A stretch of 64,000 nt of DNA. Origin: Trichoplax sp. H2. Lineage: Eukaryota. Positions 1 to 13,000 of the stretch are shown one piece after another. The translations under genes were made by a program, and so were the position numbers. Position 1 is the first letter of the stretch. Each line of letters begins with the position of its first letter. Below the pieces are notes generated by a model. It had not been told where the DNA came from and did no database searches. It saw nothing but the letters and a program-made list of their open reading frames with translations. The stretch spans positions 1 through 64,000 of the forward strand of contig NOWV01000252.1 in the NCBI GenBank assembly GCA_003344405.1, written 5' to 3'.

Positions 1-299
1 AAACTAATTTCTTAAAGATACTTTACAGTTAGAGGAAAGAATCGTATTAATATAGACTTGGAAGATGGTTTGATCGATTTACAATTATACTACGAAGGTA
101 TCGGCAATAATAGACGTACGAAATATTTTTGATTTGATTTTAACAAAATAAACGTGTCGATAAAATCGCTGAATGCTTGCTATAGCTACGTCTGTCTCAT
201 GCCAAAAATTAACCTGGAAGTCCATTACGTCGCTAATAAATGATTAGCAAACAAGTACACTAGATCTAAAACCACGATGTGAATGACAAAATCACTTAC

Positions 300-472
300 A
301 TTTGATGAGTATCTTTCGGGACTTCCAATATTGAATCTTCTAGCAAACTACAATGAACTGCACCATCTTGGCATTGGCATTTGGCCGGACAACTATAATA
401 TTCATAGCCGTTGCCGAAAGTTAATAACAAGAGCCCTATAAGCACTGTTTGACTATATTCCTTTAGTTTCAT
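300..472 (-). CDS. First coding exon (signal peptide + LRRNT cap) of an LRR protein gene, probably another LRR-GPCR, continuing off the left edge
   Basis: ATG at 472 reads MKLKEYSQTVLIGLLLLTFGNGYEYYSCPAKCQCQDGAVHCSLLEDSILEVPKDTHQ(I): a hydrophobic leader, then CPxxCxC-x6-C-x8-VP. It ends at a phase-2 GTAAGT donor (299), the same phase as LRR exons. No further exon was found in 1-299. Confidence 0.8.
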
Positions 473-1074
473 TTACGAAATTTCTGATTATGGAATACAA
501 TTTATAAAATTTTTGTTTTGAAGTCAGATCTGCTGCTATGGTGATATAAACGATTTTGCTGTGTATTAACTATAGTTATGTATCTTAAATTATGCTTTTG
601 ACTCAACAAACGATAGCAATAGCTTAAATTAATATGTCATAAGGATGAGTTTGGCTATTTATAAATTGGCAAGGCAGAACCTTTTTGATCAATGTTTTGT
701 ATTCACACAATCAATAGCCATAGGAACGACCGGCCAATCAGGACGCAGGTCATAAGTAGGCAAATAAAGTCAAATTTTTAATGATTTCATCTGAAGGATT
801 ACTACGGTTTCTTTGATCCTGGACTCTAAGCTTAACGTAATTGGTGAAATTATTAGCTCAGAACTTATAGAATATTTTATTTGAGTTATAAAAAAATTCA
901 ATAGAAGAAATGGTACATTTATGACTTTGAATTAAGCCAAACAATAAATTAGTGTAAAGTAAGGTACGACTGTTTGCAAACTTGTACAAGTACACCGCCC
1001 GCCATTATAAAATCGATACTCTCCCCTCAATGTTGAAGAGTATTAGCCAATCAAATTGAAATACAGTAAGGAAT

Positions 1075-2003
1075 TTAAAGCTATGCATACCTGTCACATA
1101 CCAATATTGACAAAGTATTCTACACACGCCAATGCTTACGAGGAACGCCTCTTACTGACTTAAAGAGGCGAGATGCGCTATATCACCTAATAATTGAGTT
1201 CCAAAGACACAATACTACAGTATAATTTTATAGCGTCACTGATAGTATAGACGAGGTAGTCAGAGATTTACTGCTATTTATTAATGAAGAAATCTTGGCA
1301 ACCAAGATTATAGCCTTGACAATTCAATAGCAATTGACAAACTAGTTGACTAACAAACCGACTACCTAACTAAAAAGTGGTCTTCAGACACCAGCTTTTT
1401 ACAGCATTGTCAGAAACTCTTGGTGTACATAAAGTAAAACTATCCTTCCATAGTTATATCAGGGAATATTTTTCTGGTAAGGGACAAACATGGTCAATAA
1501 ACAACCTATTAAGCAGCAGCAGTAAATTTTCAAAACGCAGCATGAAAGCCATAAATAAAAGTACTGCATTCCGTCATTTAATTGCTAATAATTGCCTAAT
1601 TTAGCTTATGCATTTTAAAAAAATTCAGTAGGGTTAAGATACTTTTATATTATGTGCACCAGGAGTTTCTGACAAGACTATAAAAGGCTAGTGCCTGAAG
1701 ATTTCTTTTTAGTTAGTTAGTCGGTTGGATAGTCAACTAGTTTATCAATTGATATTTAATTGTAAAGACTATAATCTTGGGTGCCAAGATTCCTTCAGTA
1801 ATAAATGATAGTAAATCTCTGACTAACTCGTCTACATCTTCTGTGACGCTATAATTATACCATAGTATTCGGCCGTTGGAACTGAATTATTTGGTGATAT
1901 AGCTAATCTCGCCTCTTTAAGTTAGTAAGTGGCGTTCTCCGCAAGGACTGGCGTGTGTAGACTACTTTGTCACTAGTGGTGTGTGTCACTTGGATAGTTT
2001 TAA
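1075..2003. repeat. Long imperfect inverted repeat (foldback): arms ~1075-1447 and ~1636-2003, spacer ~190 bp
   Basis: The reverse complement of the right arm aligns almost gap-free to the left arm. Shared blocks include TCTACACACGCCA, ACTTAAAGAGGCGAGAT, TAGTCAGAGATTTACT, AAACTAGTTGACTA and TTGTCAGAAACTC. Identity is roughly 80% by eye. Confidence 0.9.
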
Positions 2004-2638
2004 TGATTTCGAAATTAGTTACTACTTAAGCTACTTTTATCGTTGCTATAATCTTAATTTGCGAAGGCTTATTATATGTAGAACAACTGGAATCTGCTTA
2101 ATACACACAAGCACATTTATTGCCTGCTTTTAATTGCCATGATATTATTATAAGCGAAAACGCTGTTTAAATATACAAAAGAAGCTCATAAAAATGAAAA
2201 GGTTTTCACAGATTCTAAAATATTGCTGTATGAACAATGGATTCGTAATCCAATAAAATAATTTTCTTGGTTCCTGATTGAATTGTAAGGTGAACTTACT
2301 ATAGTAGTCGAGCAATTCAAACAAATTATGTGCATGAACGTCCGATTCTGCTCAAGGCAATGTTTAAAATTGACCCAGGTTGCCCATCAGAGGGTTAATA
2401 AAACGTCAATTCACACAAGCAATATTTAATATTACTCAGTAATTAGGACGAGCTTACGCATCGTAACACCAAGATATCTTTACAGAGGCCTATATAAGCA
2501 AAATGATATTTGCTTCGATGCAAGATAGCTTCTAGCCAATGAAATTTCGAACAGTTTACTCAAGTTTATTTATACATTTCTTTAAGCAGTTGTTACATTT
2601 TTGTAATTTGTAATAATATATCCTGACTATTAGTGGAA

Positions 2639-3206
2639 TGTCACAAACTAGCTTTGTGACAAAGATAACGTAAAACAAATCTCTATATTACTATAGTCTC
2701 CGGGATTCAGTATCTCTTAACTATCTAACAAGAATTTAGATGCCTTTGCTTCTAAGTTAAACAACTATAGAATTTTCATTTTATTTAGCTATCTGTCGAG
2801 CTTAAATGTATTTCGGCAGCAGCTATCATGTACAAGTAATAGCAGTTCATGAAATTTACTTCATATTGGATGGCTAAATTAGTACAGAAATTATCCATAA
2901 TCTTAGACATGTACTGAACGATTTTAGATAATTAGATTACAGTATGTCCTTGTACAGAATTATTTGTGGTATCATCAATGATTGGATATCTTCAGGATAT
3001 TCATCATAAGCATTACAAGATATAGCACGATAATCAATTAGCATTACTTACCGTAAATGCACTCTCACTAAAGCAAAGCATAATTTATTGTAACAAAATA
3101 ATAGCTACCGTTGTTCTTACTGCAAGTCATTAATAGTTATCTCCATATATAAACATTAAGCACTAAATTTAGTCATTTACTCTATACAGTCGTTCGCATC
3201 GTGACA
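2639..3206 (+). mobile_element. Solo-LTR-like element, family A
   Basis: TGTCAC...GTGACA termini, flanks TGGAA/AGGAA (4/5 TSD), homologous to 19862-20294. Confidence 0.7.
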
Positions 3207-4062
3207 AGGAATTCCTAAGGTACTCCGGCTATGCTGCTACGAGAAACACTATAATATTTTAGCTTTATTAATACTAAATTGCACTACGATTGGGACACTT
3301 TGAAACAAGATGGAGATTATAGGATAAGACCGATTTATTTATTTATTATATTGTATCTATCAAGCCATTTACAGTAATCAGTGAGTCCTGCAAATAAGTA
3401 TAACAATATGGCTGAATTGTAAATACATTTTAAAGCTTACAGCTGATAATATCTATAACGCTGACAGAGTTACTTTCGACTTCTGATTTAAGAATTGCTT
3501 CAGCTAAACAATAAACTTATAAGTGATTAGTCTACGATTTCTATAGAACCAGGAGCTGCAACAAAACAAGACTAAAGTATTTTCAACTAAACCACCATTT
3601 TATATGCATTGCAGAGTAGTTAGTCGTCTCTCCACTATGAATCATAAATTATAAAGTAAGCCAAAAGTAGTTCCCAACTAGGATACCAACGATCAATCAT
3701 ACACACCTTATTAGTCAGGAGTCAGTTACGACTTAAAAGGACACGGTTTATTCAAATATTACAGGATATCTATTGACTGGTCATCAATATATAATTAACG
3801 ATGACTAATCAAGTACTTAAAAAGTATTAACTATATTAGCATCTTACATCTTAGTAACATTGACTATAGTGGACGAGTTCACATTATACTGGTTGACACA
3901 ATCCATCCAATACCATCTAAACTAATTTAGATATTATTTACGAGCTATTATATTAAAATCTTAAATTACATTATGATTCATTTTTAAATCTACCAAATAA
4001 AAAGAAATGCTTTATGAGGAGAATGCTAAATACTAACCTTTATTTAAACACATATAAATATA

Positions 4063-4404
4063 CTAGTGCAAACTCCCGCCGCTTTGCTGCACGTAATATA
4101 ACTATGTATTCGAATGTAGATTACTGACCATGCTTAGTATGATGCATGGTGGCGCAGCTTTCTATATTTGCTATCAAAAGGCATGTTTAGCTGCTCATAT
4201 TAACAAAAGTTTCTATACTTGAATAATAGGCGATCGGTCGTAGTGCATGTTGCTCTCTGTAATGTGAATAATTTTAAAATAAACTAGTACAAACTCCCGT
4301 CGCGTTGCTGACGGTTTACGATAATGTGCTCATTTAACAGATAGTACTGTACATTACCATTTGTCATAGATCTGTCAGAGGTTCAGTAACTTTATACCGT
4401 GTAC
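4063..4404 (-). mobile_element. Two tandem non-autonomous Helitron-like 3' ends (CTAG at 4063-4066 and 4284-4287)
   Basis: On the minus strand the 4284 copy reads CCGTCAGCAACGCGACGG (hairpin) GAGTTTGTA CTAG|T. The 4063 copy is a shorter degenerate version. The same sequence occurs at 34179-34322 and 61622-61809. Confidence 0.65.
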
Positions 4405-5689
4405 TTTTACTTAACGTTAAATACACATCTACAACTTTATACCACGCCACTCAACTCAAATGTTCCCGTTTATATAGGAACCGTCTAATTTGTAAACAAC
4501 AACAGTATTATTATTATACCTAACTTGGAGAAACATCTCGAACTGAGATGTTCCTTACATAGCTTTTCTGTTAGTAAATATTTTGAATCTCTTACCCATA
4601 CTTAATCTTAATCTAAGCCCTTAGGTTGTCTAATTCAACTATTATCAACTAGAACTTGAATCATCTTACTGCTATCCATACCAGCGTAAGCAGGAAACTT
4701 TAACCTATTCTGTAGTTCCTTCTAAAACCCTTCTAATGGTTGTATCCAGCTAGACTAGTGTTGTATACTTATTATCTTTATACAAAGATCTACTGAAGTT
4801 CTAATTTTCTACAGAGTTTAAAATTTGGTGATTGATTTTGATTTTATCACGCGGCATAGTATAGGCTAAAGTATAGCGAAGTGACATATTTCATGTGGCA
4901 CCGTTGTTTGTAACTGACTCTTTTGACATTATCTTTAATGCGATATTATCGTCGGACAATAAGACTTATTAAAACTCTATATTTTGACAAGTCTTTTCTT
5001 CCGAAATGAATTTAAGTTTTATCTTCATACTTATTCATTTCTCAAATAGGTTAATTTGATATTGATTTGTTCAATGACTATCAAGTATCAGAATAAGGAT
5101 AAGCTTCTTTTACCTATGCTTAATTTTAAAAATAGTGTCACTGGTATTTTCTTTGCTGAAATTGTTCGACTGTTTTCTTATTTGTTTAATGAGTTTATTG
5201 ATTTAGAAAAAATTCAATAAGCAGCAAGTCCTGCAAGTAAAATTATTATAAATGTATTTTTTTACAATAGGTTTAGAAACAGATCTTAGGGTTTGTAGTA
5301 GTATCGAATAATCTTATCAAAGAATTATAGCTGATCATAGCAGAAATTTGAAAAAGCCTTCGAGAAAGTTCTTTGTGCTAGTCTAGTCCACTTAATCAGA
5401 ACTTAAACCTCCACTTTCATTAATTGTCGCACTTTACCAATCTTAGAAAAATCTTTACCATCTTTCAATTTATGAGGTATCGTTAATATCTATCTTTAAT
5501 TATTACATATCAGATGTAATAAAAGTTAATTTCAACTTTTCTGTCAGATAAAAGGCACAAAAGATTGTATTCATAGCTGGATAGTTTGGTAGTTTAGAAT
5601 TTTATAAATAGAAAAGAAATTGAAACATATGCCAAATTAAAGTAAAGTGCTTTATTCCAATCGTATAGTTTTAAAGCACAATTATAGTA

Positions 5690-6600
5690 AAATTTTGCAT
5701 ATTTCTTTATCAAAATCACAGATAATGCGTATTTTAGATGAAAGTTATTTCTCAGTATCGCATACCGGTAAATTCCAGGGCACTTCGAACTATCGTAGTG
5801 CTATATTTTTGGCGTACAATTATTTACTTTGATGAACTTATGTAATTACATAGACTTCCGTTACTAGTATATGATTCGCCGTATTTATCATATATTATTT
5901 CAATAAGCTTTTAATAGCGCTTCAGCCGATATTTGCTACTGAAGAATTGAGGACAAATTATTTCCCCCTTGAAGCTTGATGACTTGGTATCCATAAACTT
6001 TGACCTGAATCTTTAAGTTATTAAGGACTGTTCCAGTCATGAAAACAACTTAATTATCGATTTATAGTTTATTATACCATTTTATTTTGAACTCCTTAGA
6101 AATATCGTGCACTCCTCAAGGAATCATTACTCTTAGTGATAAAGTTAATCCTTATGATATCACGACGGAATAGTCATGTTTCAAGTATGCTAACTGATTT
6201 AAAATTGCTTATTTGAAATAGATCACAATACGGTAATGGTATTTAATGCAATTCAATCCAGCAATTTAATGCCTCAAATTAGATTACATGTTTTAATTAT
6301 ATAATTATCTTTCATATGGCCCCATATTTCCCTGATTAAAGCTGCTTATATCTTGAGCCCAATATAATTTTCCGCCCGAATACTACTTGGTTGTAAGTTA
6401 AAAGATGTGATACTCTTTGATCTGCTTGGTCAAGTTAACATTAAAGGCAGTCTCATAAATTTAGTTGACAATGAAAATACGATTTCTTACCGTCAAATAG
6501 ATCAAGTCTGCCTACACTATCAAGGTCTCACAATAGTACGTTCGCCTATAAGTAGATTTTAAAATACAATTTCCTCTTGTAAACAATCTAGTTCAAATAA
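5690..6600 (-). pseudogene. Probable heavily decayed Penelope-like retroelement reverse transcriptase relic
   Basis: Minus-strand peptide scraps in shifting frames fall in the order expected for Penelope RT: RLFT (~6585), KFMRLPLMLT (~6450), YKQ..NQGNMGP (~6335), LSCFH (~6045), KFMDT..GEII (~5990), LVTEVY (~5860), VPW (~5780), ILRNNFH..KIRIICDFDKEICKI (~5730). Many stops and frameshifts; recognised from memory of the family, not by search. Confidence 0.4.
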
Positions 6601-7094
6601 AATTCAATAACAATTCATACATATATTATTAGTAATTCATCTAGAACTACAGTATGCAATTTACCATAAACCGGATAATATAGCAAGTCTTCCTACTCCA
6701 AGGGCTTACAGTGAAATTCAAAATTTCCATTTCATCAACCAGATAGCAATTTGAACTAACTTCCGATATCTAGAGGGTATCAGGTGAAGTAAAAATTGTA
6801 AGTGTGAAGCTATGCCAATGGTTTACCATCCATACATTATTAAGGAAACAAGAATTAAATCATTTGAATTTCGCGGAAATGTCACCACAAACACGAATCT
6901 AAGTTAACTGTTAGTAAAGTCGGTCTAGTAGCACCGGCTTACCTGCATTGACTACGCTTGGATTTAAAGTTCTTGTCATCGATTACAAAAACTGAGATAA
7001 TCTGAGTTTGTTGCACTAATATTCTCTGTCTAAATACCGGATTACTTAAAACAATACAACAACTTAAACTGACATTAATTATTTTGGGTTCCAG

Positions 7095-10000
7095 ATGCAG
7101 CGCAATTCTGTGTCTAATATTTGCCAATTTGTGATTATCCTTGCCTTTTTTACATTCGTAAAATCAGGTAAGGTTGCAACAATCGATAAATTTACGCATT
7201 TTAGGACATATAAAATTTCGTTTAACATAGTTGTGGTCTATCATGACCATTAAAGAACTAGCAGATTGTTACAGTTAAACATTGACTCATCATTTAATAA
7301 AAAAATTATACTTTTACTTAGTTTCCATGATTTACCGGTAATTAATAAATGGTAGTAATACCAGCCGACTTTTTGAAAGTCCTACCTAGCTAGATAAAAT
7401 GCATAGCCACTGAAATTATTGCTAATATTTTTAATTTTAGAAGACAACGTAATCTGTTCCGAGTATTGTCAATGTGCTAAAATACGAATTGTTTGTGATG
7501 ATCGTCGAATGACTCAAGTTCCGCATCAAAACGCAAGTGTAAAGGGAATTAGTAGCTTGTAAGGAAATTCATAATTAAAAATTTCCGTAGCAGTTTTCCA
7601 AACTTTCGGAATCAATTAATTAGTTTTTATTAGTAAATAAGCGTTTAATCATGTTAGATTCACTTTTTATTAAAAGTATGGTAAATTTTGTATAGTGAAT
7701 ACGTAAGCACTTCAATTACTGAACAGTAAAACTATCAATTAAAATTTTATGTTTTGCTTCATAAATATTTGTAGAACGATCAAGAATGGAAATATCAAAG
7801 TTCTCAAGTCATACTCATTCAGTAAATTTCCAGATCTCACGAAGCTGTAAGTTGATCATTATAAGAGTATTATAATCGGCAAAATTTTGGACCCAAATAG
7901 CAACTATCACTAATAAGGCTAGCAGAGGCATACGTCATTGCTAATTGTAAATATTTCCAAAGAGCATGAACCTAATTATATGGTATTGCAGTTTTTTACT
8001 TGCTATAATTCAACTAAAATTGATGAATTAAGTAGCTTTTATTACGAGTAAAGTAATTGGGGTATCGTATCTTCTCTTAAATCAGGCGCAAGATCATTAA
8101 TTTTATACAAACAGCAAAAATCGCTACATATAAAAAATAGCAGAATGCTGATATCATAAATTCTACATACCATACTACTCTGACCTAGAATAATTTTTTC
8201 ATAGCAACCATAACGTAGTTGTTATATCTTATCCAGAATGTATTGATAATAATTAGCCGAAGGAGTTTTTTACATGCTTTTGTTAGATAAGTGCATAATT
8301 TGATAATATTATCTAAGAAATAAAAATTATAATTTCTTGTTACGTTGATTCACCATAGATAAGCTGAGTTTTGCAATAAGATTTAGATTCATTTTTTGAT
8401 TAAGAGATTAGTCATATACTTAACTTCCTAACGATAGGATAATTGTCATTATTATGAATCATAGTGTGGTTAGACGCTAAGGAGGACAATTCTGATGTTA
8501 GATTTAATATACTAAATTTTCTTATAGTAGTCTTAATTTTCCANNNNNNNNNNNNNNNNNNNNAACTTAAACTGACATTAATTATTTTGGGTTCCAGATG
8601 CAGCGCAATTCTGTGTCTAATATTTGCCAATTTGTGATTGTCCTTGCCTTTTTTACATTCGTAAAATCAGGTAAGGTTGCAACAATCGATAAATTTACGC
8701 ATTTTAGCACATATAAAATTTCGTTTAACATAGTTGTGGTCTATTATGACCATTAAAGAACCAGCAGATTGTTAAAGTTAAACATTGACTCATCATTTAA
8801 TAAAGAAATTATGCTTTTACTTAGTCTCCATGATTTACCGGTAGTTAATAAAATGGTAGTAATACCAGCCGACTTTTCGAAAGTCCTATCTAGCTAGATA
8901 AAATGCATAGCCACTGAAATCATTGCTAATATTTTTAATTTCAGAGGACAACGTAATCTGTTCCGAGCATTATCAATGTGCTAAAATACGAATTGTTTGT
9001 GATGATCGTCGAATAACTCAAGTTCGGTATCAAAGCACAAGTGTAAAGGGAATTAGTAGCTTGTAAGAAAATTCATAATTAAAAATCTCCGTAGCAGTTT
9101 TCCAAACTTTCGGAATCAATTAATTAGTTTTTATTAGTAAGTAAGCGTTCAATCGTTAGATTCACTTTTTAATAAAAGTATGGTAAATTTTGTATAGTGA
9201 ATACGTAAGCACTTCAATTACTGAACAGTATAACTATCAATTAAAATTCTATGTTTTGCTTCATAAATATTTGTAGAACGATCAAGAATGGAAATATCAA
9301 AGTTCTCAAATCTTACTCATTCAGTAAATTTCCAGATCTCACAAAGCTGTAAGTTGATCATTATAAGAGTATTATAATCGGCAAAATTTTGGACCCAAAT
9401 AGCAACTATCACTAATAAGGCTAGCAGAGACATACGTCATTGCTAATTGTAAATATTTCCAAAGAATATGAACCTAATTATATGGTATTCCAGTTTTTTA
9501 CTTGCTATAATTCAACTAAAGTTGATGAATTAAGTAGCTTTTATTACGAGTAAAGTAATTTGGGTATCGTATCTTCCCTTAAATCAGGCGCAAGATCATT
9601 AATTTTATACAAACAGTAAAAATCGCTACATATAAAAAATAGCAGAATGCTGATATCATAAATTCTACATGCCATACTACTCTGACCTAGAATAATTTTT
9701 TCATAGCAACCGTAACGCAGTTGTTATATCTTATCCAGAATGTATTGATAATAATTAGCGGAAGGAGTTTTTTACATGTTTTTTGTTAGATAAGGGCATA
9801 ATTTGATAATATTATCTAAGAAATAATAATTATAATTTCTTGTTACGTTGATTCACCATAGATAGGCTGAGTTTTGCAATAAGATTTAGATTTATTTTTT
9901 GATTAAGAGACTAGTCATATACTTTGTGATGTTTCGGAAGATTGTGGATTCGTCATGATCACAGTAAATTACCAGAGTTAATTTAGTAGAGGAATAGAGT

Positions 10001-13000
10001 TTATTGGAATTATCGCAAAGGAAAGACCGTGTGAGATTACAGCGTGTATAACGACGTGACTAGTCGAATAGCTATAGTAATGTAGCATAGGTAAAGCGTG
10101 CAAGCTTACCGTGTAACTAGCAGAACTAACTAACGAGATAGGTGAAAGAAGATAGCTTTTATAATGTATGAAGCACAGCAGGAGGAAATCATAAATGACT
10201 AATAAGAATATGTTACTTCTATGTTAAGACAGGGCTACGATATAATTCAGCTAGATTCAAAGCGATTTCCACAGAGTATTTTGTTAAATATAAATTATAC
10301 ATATTTAGANNNNNNNNNNNNNNNNNNNNATATCTTATCCAGAATGTATTGATAATAATTAGCCGAAGGAGTTTTTTACATGCTTTTGTTAGATAAGTGC
10401 ATAATTTGATAATATTATCTAAGAAATAATAATTATAATTTCTGGTTACGTTGATTCACCATAGATAGGCTGAGTTTTGCAATAAGATTTAGATTCATTT
10501 TTTGATTAAGAGACTAGTCATATACTTAACTTCCTAACAATAGGATAATTGTCATTATTATGAATCATAGTGTGGTTAGACGTTAAGGAGGACAATTCTG
10601 ATGTTAGATTTAATATACTAAATTTTCTTATAGTAGTCTTAATTTTCCAACTGTTAACTTTTCGGTTTGTAAAACATTCACAAATACCAGTAATATACTA
10701 GATTTCGACTGCCGGGTGGAAATATATTATTATAGGAAGAGAAATTTATTACAGAGATCTTAGATGCATAGTTTATATTTAATCTGTTGCAGGACTGTCT
10801 CATTCGATCAAATCAGTTATGTTGAGCCTTATGTATTCTGCAACTTTTCCAAACTGGAAACATTGTAAGTTATTTTATCCGTTTGATGATTTCGAAGTTA
10901 ATAGTTATGCTCTGATACGGTTTATTTAAAATGTTATCAATTGAAGCATTGCTGTTAATTTCTATGAACTGAAACATAATATTTATTAAACTTTTTCGGT
11001 GCAATGTTAACTTTAGTCTATCACTACACTAGGTCCTTAAACCAAAATCGAATAACAGTGATAAAGAAAAATACTTTTATGTGCCTATCCAACCTTTTAA
11101 ACTTGTAAGTATTGAATCAGTTTTCATTCTGACTTAGATAAAAAAATTCTTTTCTACATCTTTGTTTAAAGCTGCAGGTATATTATATTCACAGTATTTC
11201 TTGAATTCAAGTAGTAAAATTTCCATATCCTATCACGCCGTGAATATGCTTAATTTCCTAATACTATTATGGCAGGAATTAAACTTCCATAAGTTTACGC
11301 TAGATTAAAACTGTCAAATATAGTGATATACGGTACATAGTTGTGTAATACTTCGGAAGATTGGAAATTTGTCATAATTACTTGTTATTATATGAAATAG
11401 ATTAGAGAAGTAAGAAGCTTTATTTCTACTAGTGTTACAGGAAAGCTATATAAGGTTATAGTGTGTACAGCGATGTTAACTTATCGAATAGTGCGATATA
11501 TACCGATCACGAAATTCCAAATTTTAGAAAAATAAGGGTCTTATAAAATCTTATACAAAGATTAACTACACACAGCCCTACTCTAGCTGAATACTAATAC
11601 TAAAGACTTCTACAACGAACTAAGTGAATATTCTAAAGTTGCATACTTTTATACTTTTCGTAGCATTTGCAGCTACAATCCGCATGGTAACCTTGTACCT
11701 TATTTTACACATAGTTAAATTATTCTTAGTAACACTATTCTACTGCGGACTATCATTAATCCGATATGGATACGAGTACAGTATTTACGTAGACATTATT
11801 CACACCAGCCAAAGTACAATGAATTAACCATATCCTAATATATGATTTATAGTTCTATTTTTACTTATTAGTAACTCAACACTGTACTGTATATAGTCAT
11901 CTATACTCTATCATAGAGTCTATACCGCTACAGTCTATAGTTATAGCTAACAAATATTTCTTAGGATAAATATCTTCCGTACACTATACTAAACATGGCT
12001 AACACTCTACAATCACAATACTAAGTTACATTACAAATAGATACCATAAAGTAGAATAGGTAAAGTGTGGAAACTCATTATGTTGCTAGCAGAACTAATA
12101 ACGAGATTGATATAAAAGGTAGCTTTTATTGTATAGGAAGAGCACGGAATTGCTTTCAGTATAATAGAAATTGACTTATATTAAGAATAGGCTATATCTG
12201 ATCACAAAATATCTAAAATTTATAGAAAATTAGAACTTTGTTAGATCCTTATATAACGATAATCTACGTACAGCTCTACTGTTTCCGAATACAATTTCTA
12301 AAGACTTCTAGGAAAAACTAATAGAATAATCTAAGTTGATAGTTTATATGCTTTTCATATCTTTCGAAGCTATAATAATCTGCAAAGTAGTGCTCTACTG
12401 TATTTTACACTTATTCTAATTATTATTAGTAGCAGCATTGTACAACGGACCATTATTAATCCATTATGGAAACTAATACAGTATTTACTTAGATATTTTT
12501 TTACCAGTCAGAAAACGGTGAGCTAACCATATCCTAATACATGTATTACAGTTTTATTTTTACCTCTAATCTTAATATTAACTCAACACCATATTATACT
12601 GTATATTACCATTTGTGCTCTAGCATAGAATCTTCCACAACTGTCTGGTTATAAGCTTTTAAATAAGTCTTAAGATAAATATAGTAAGTTACGCTACATG
12701 TATATATGAACGTGACCGTATGCGAAGTCGGTCATTTAGAAAACTGCCCGTAAGTAAATACAAGAATCATGATATAAACCTATAGATTGAATCTCAAATA
12801 TATCAAAAGCGATATTTAAAGATCGAAAATATGTTAGTATTTGACGAAAATGCATAAATTTACTTTTACCTAAAACAATTACGGCACTTAATTCGATTTC
12901 TTATATCAAGTTCTTCACAAACAGTATCAACTTATCTTATCTACTAATCTATGGTAAATCAACTTGCTTCGATTTTTATAGATATCTACGATACAATTTA

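Noticed and set aside
732..1053. CCAAT boxes (GGCCAATCAG at 732, AGCCAATCA at 1045) upstream of the left-edge gene
   Set aside because: Short motifs without TSS data; cannot be distinguished from chance.
6939..8630. Two minus-strand ORFs starting MANIRHRIALHLEPK
   Set aside because: They are antisense to the duplicated signal-peptide exon, have non-ATG starts, and one crosses a gap.
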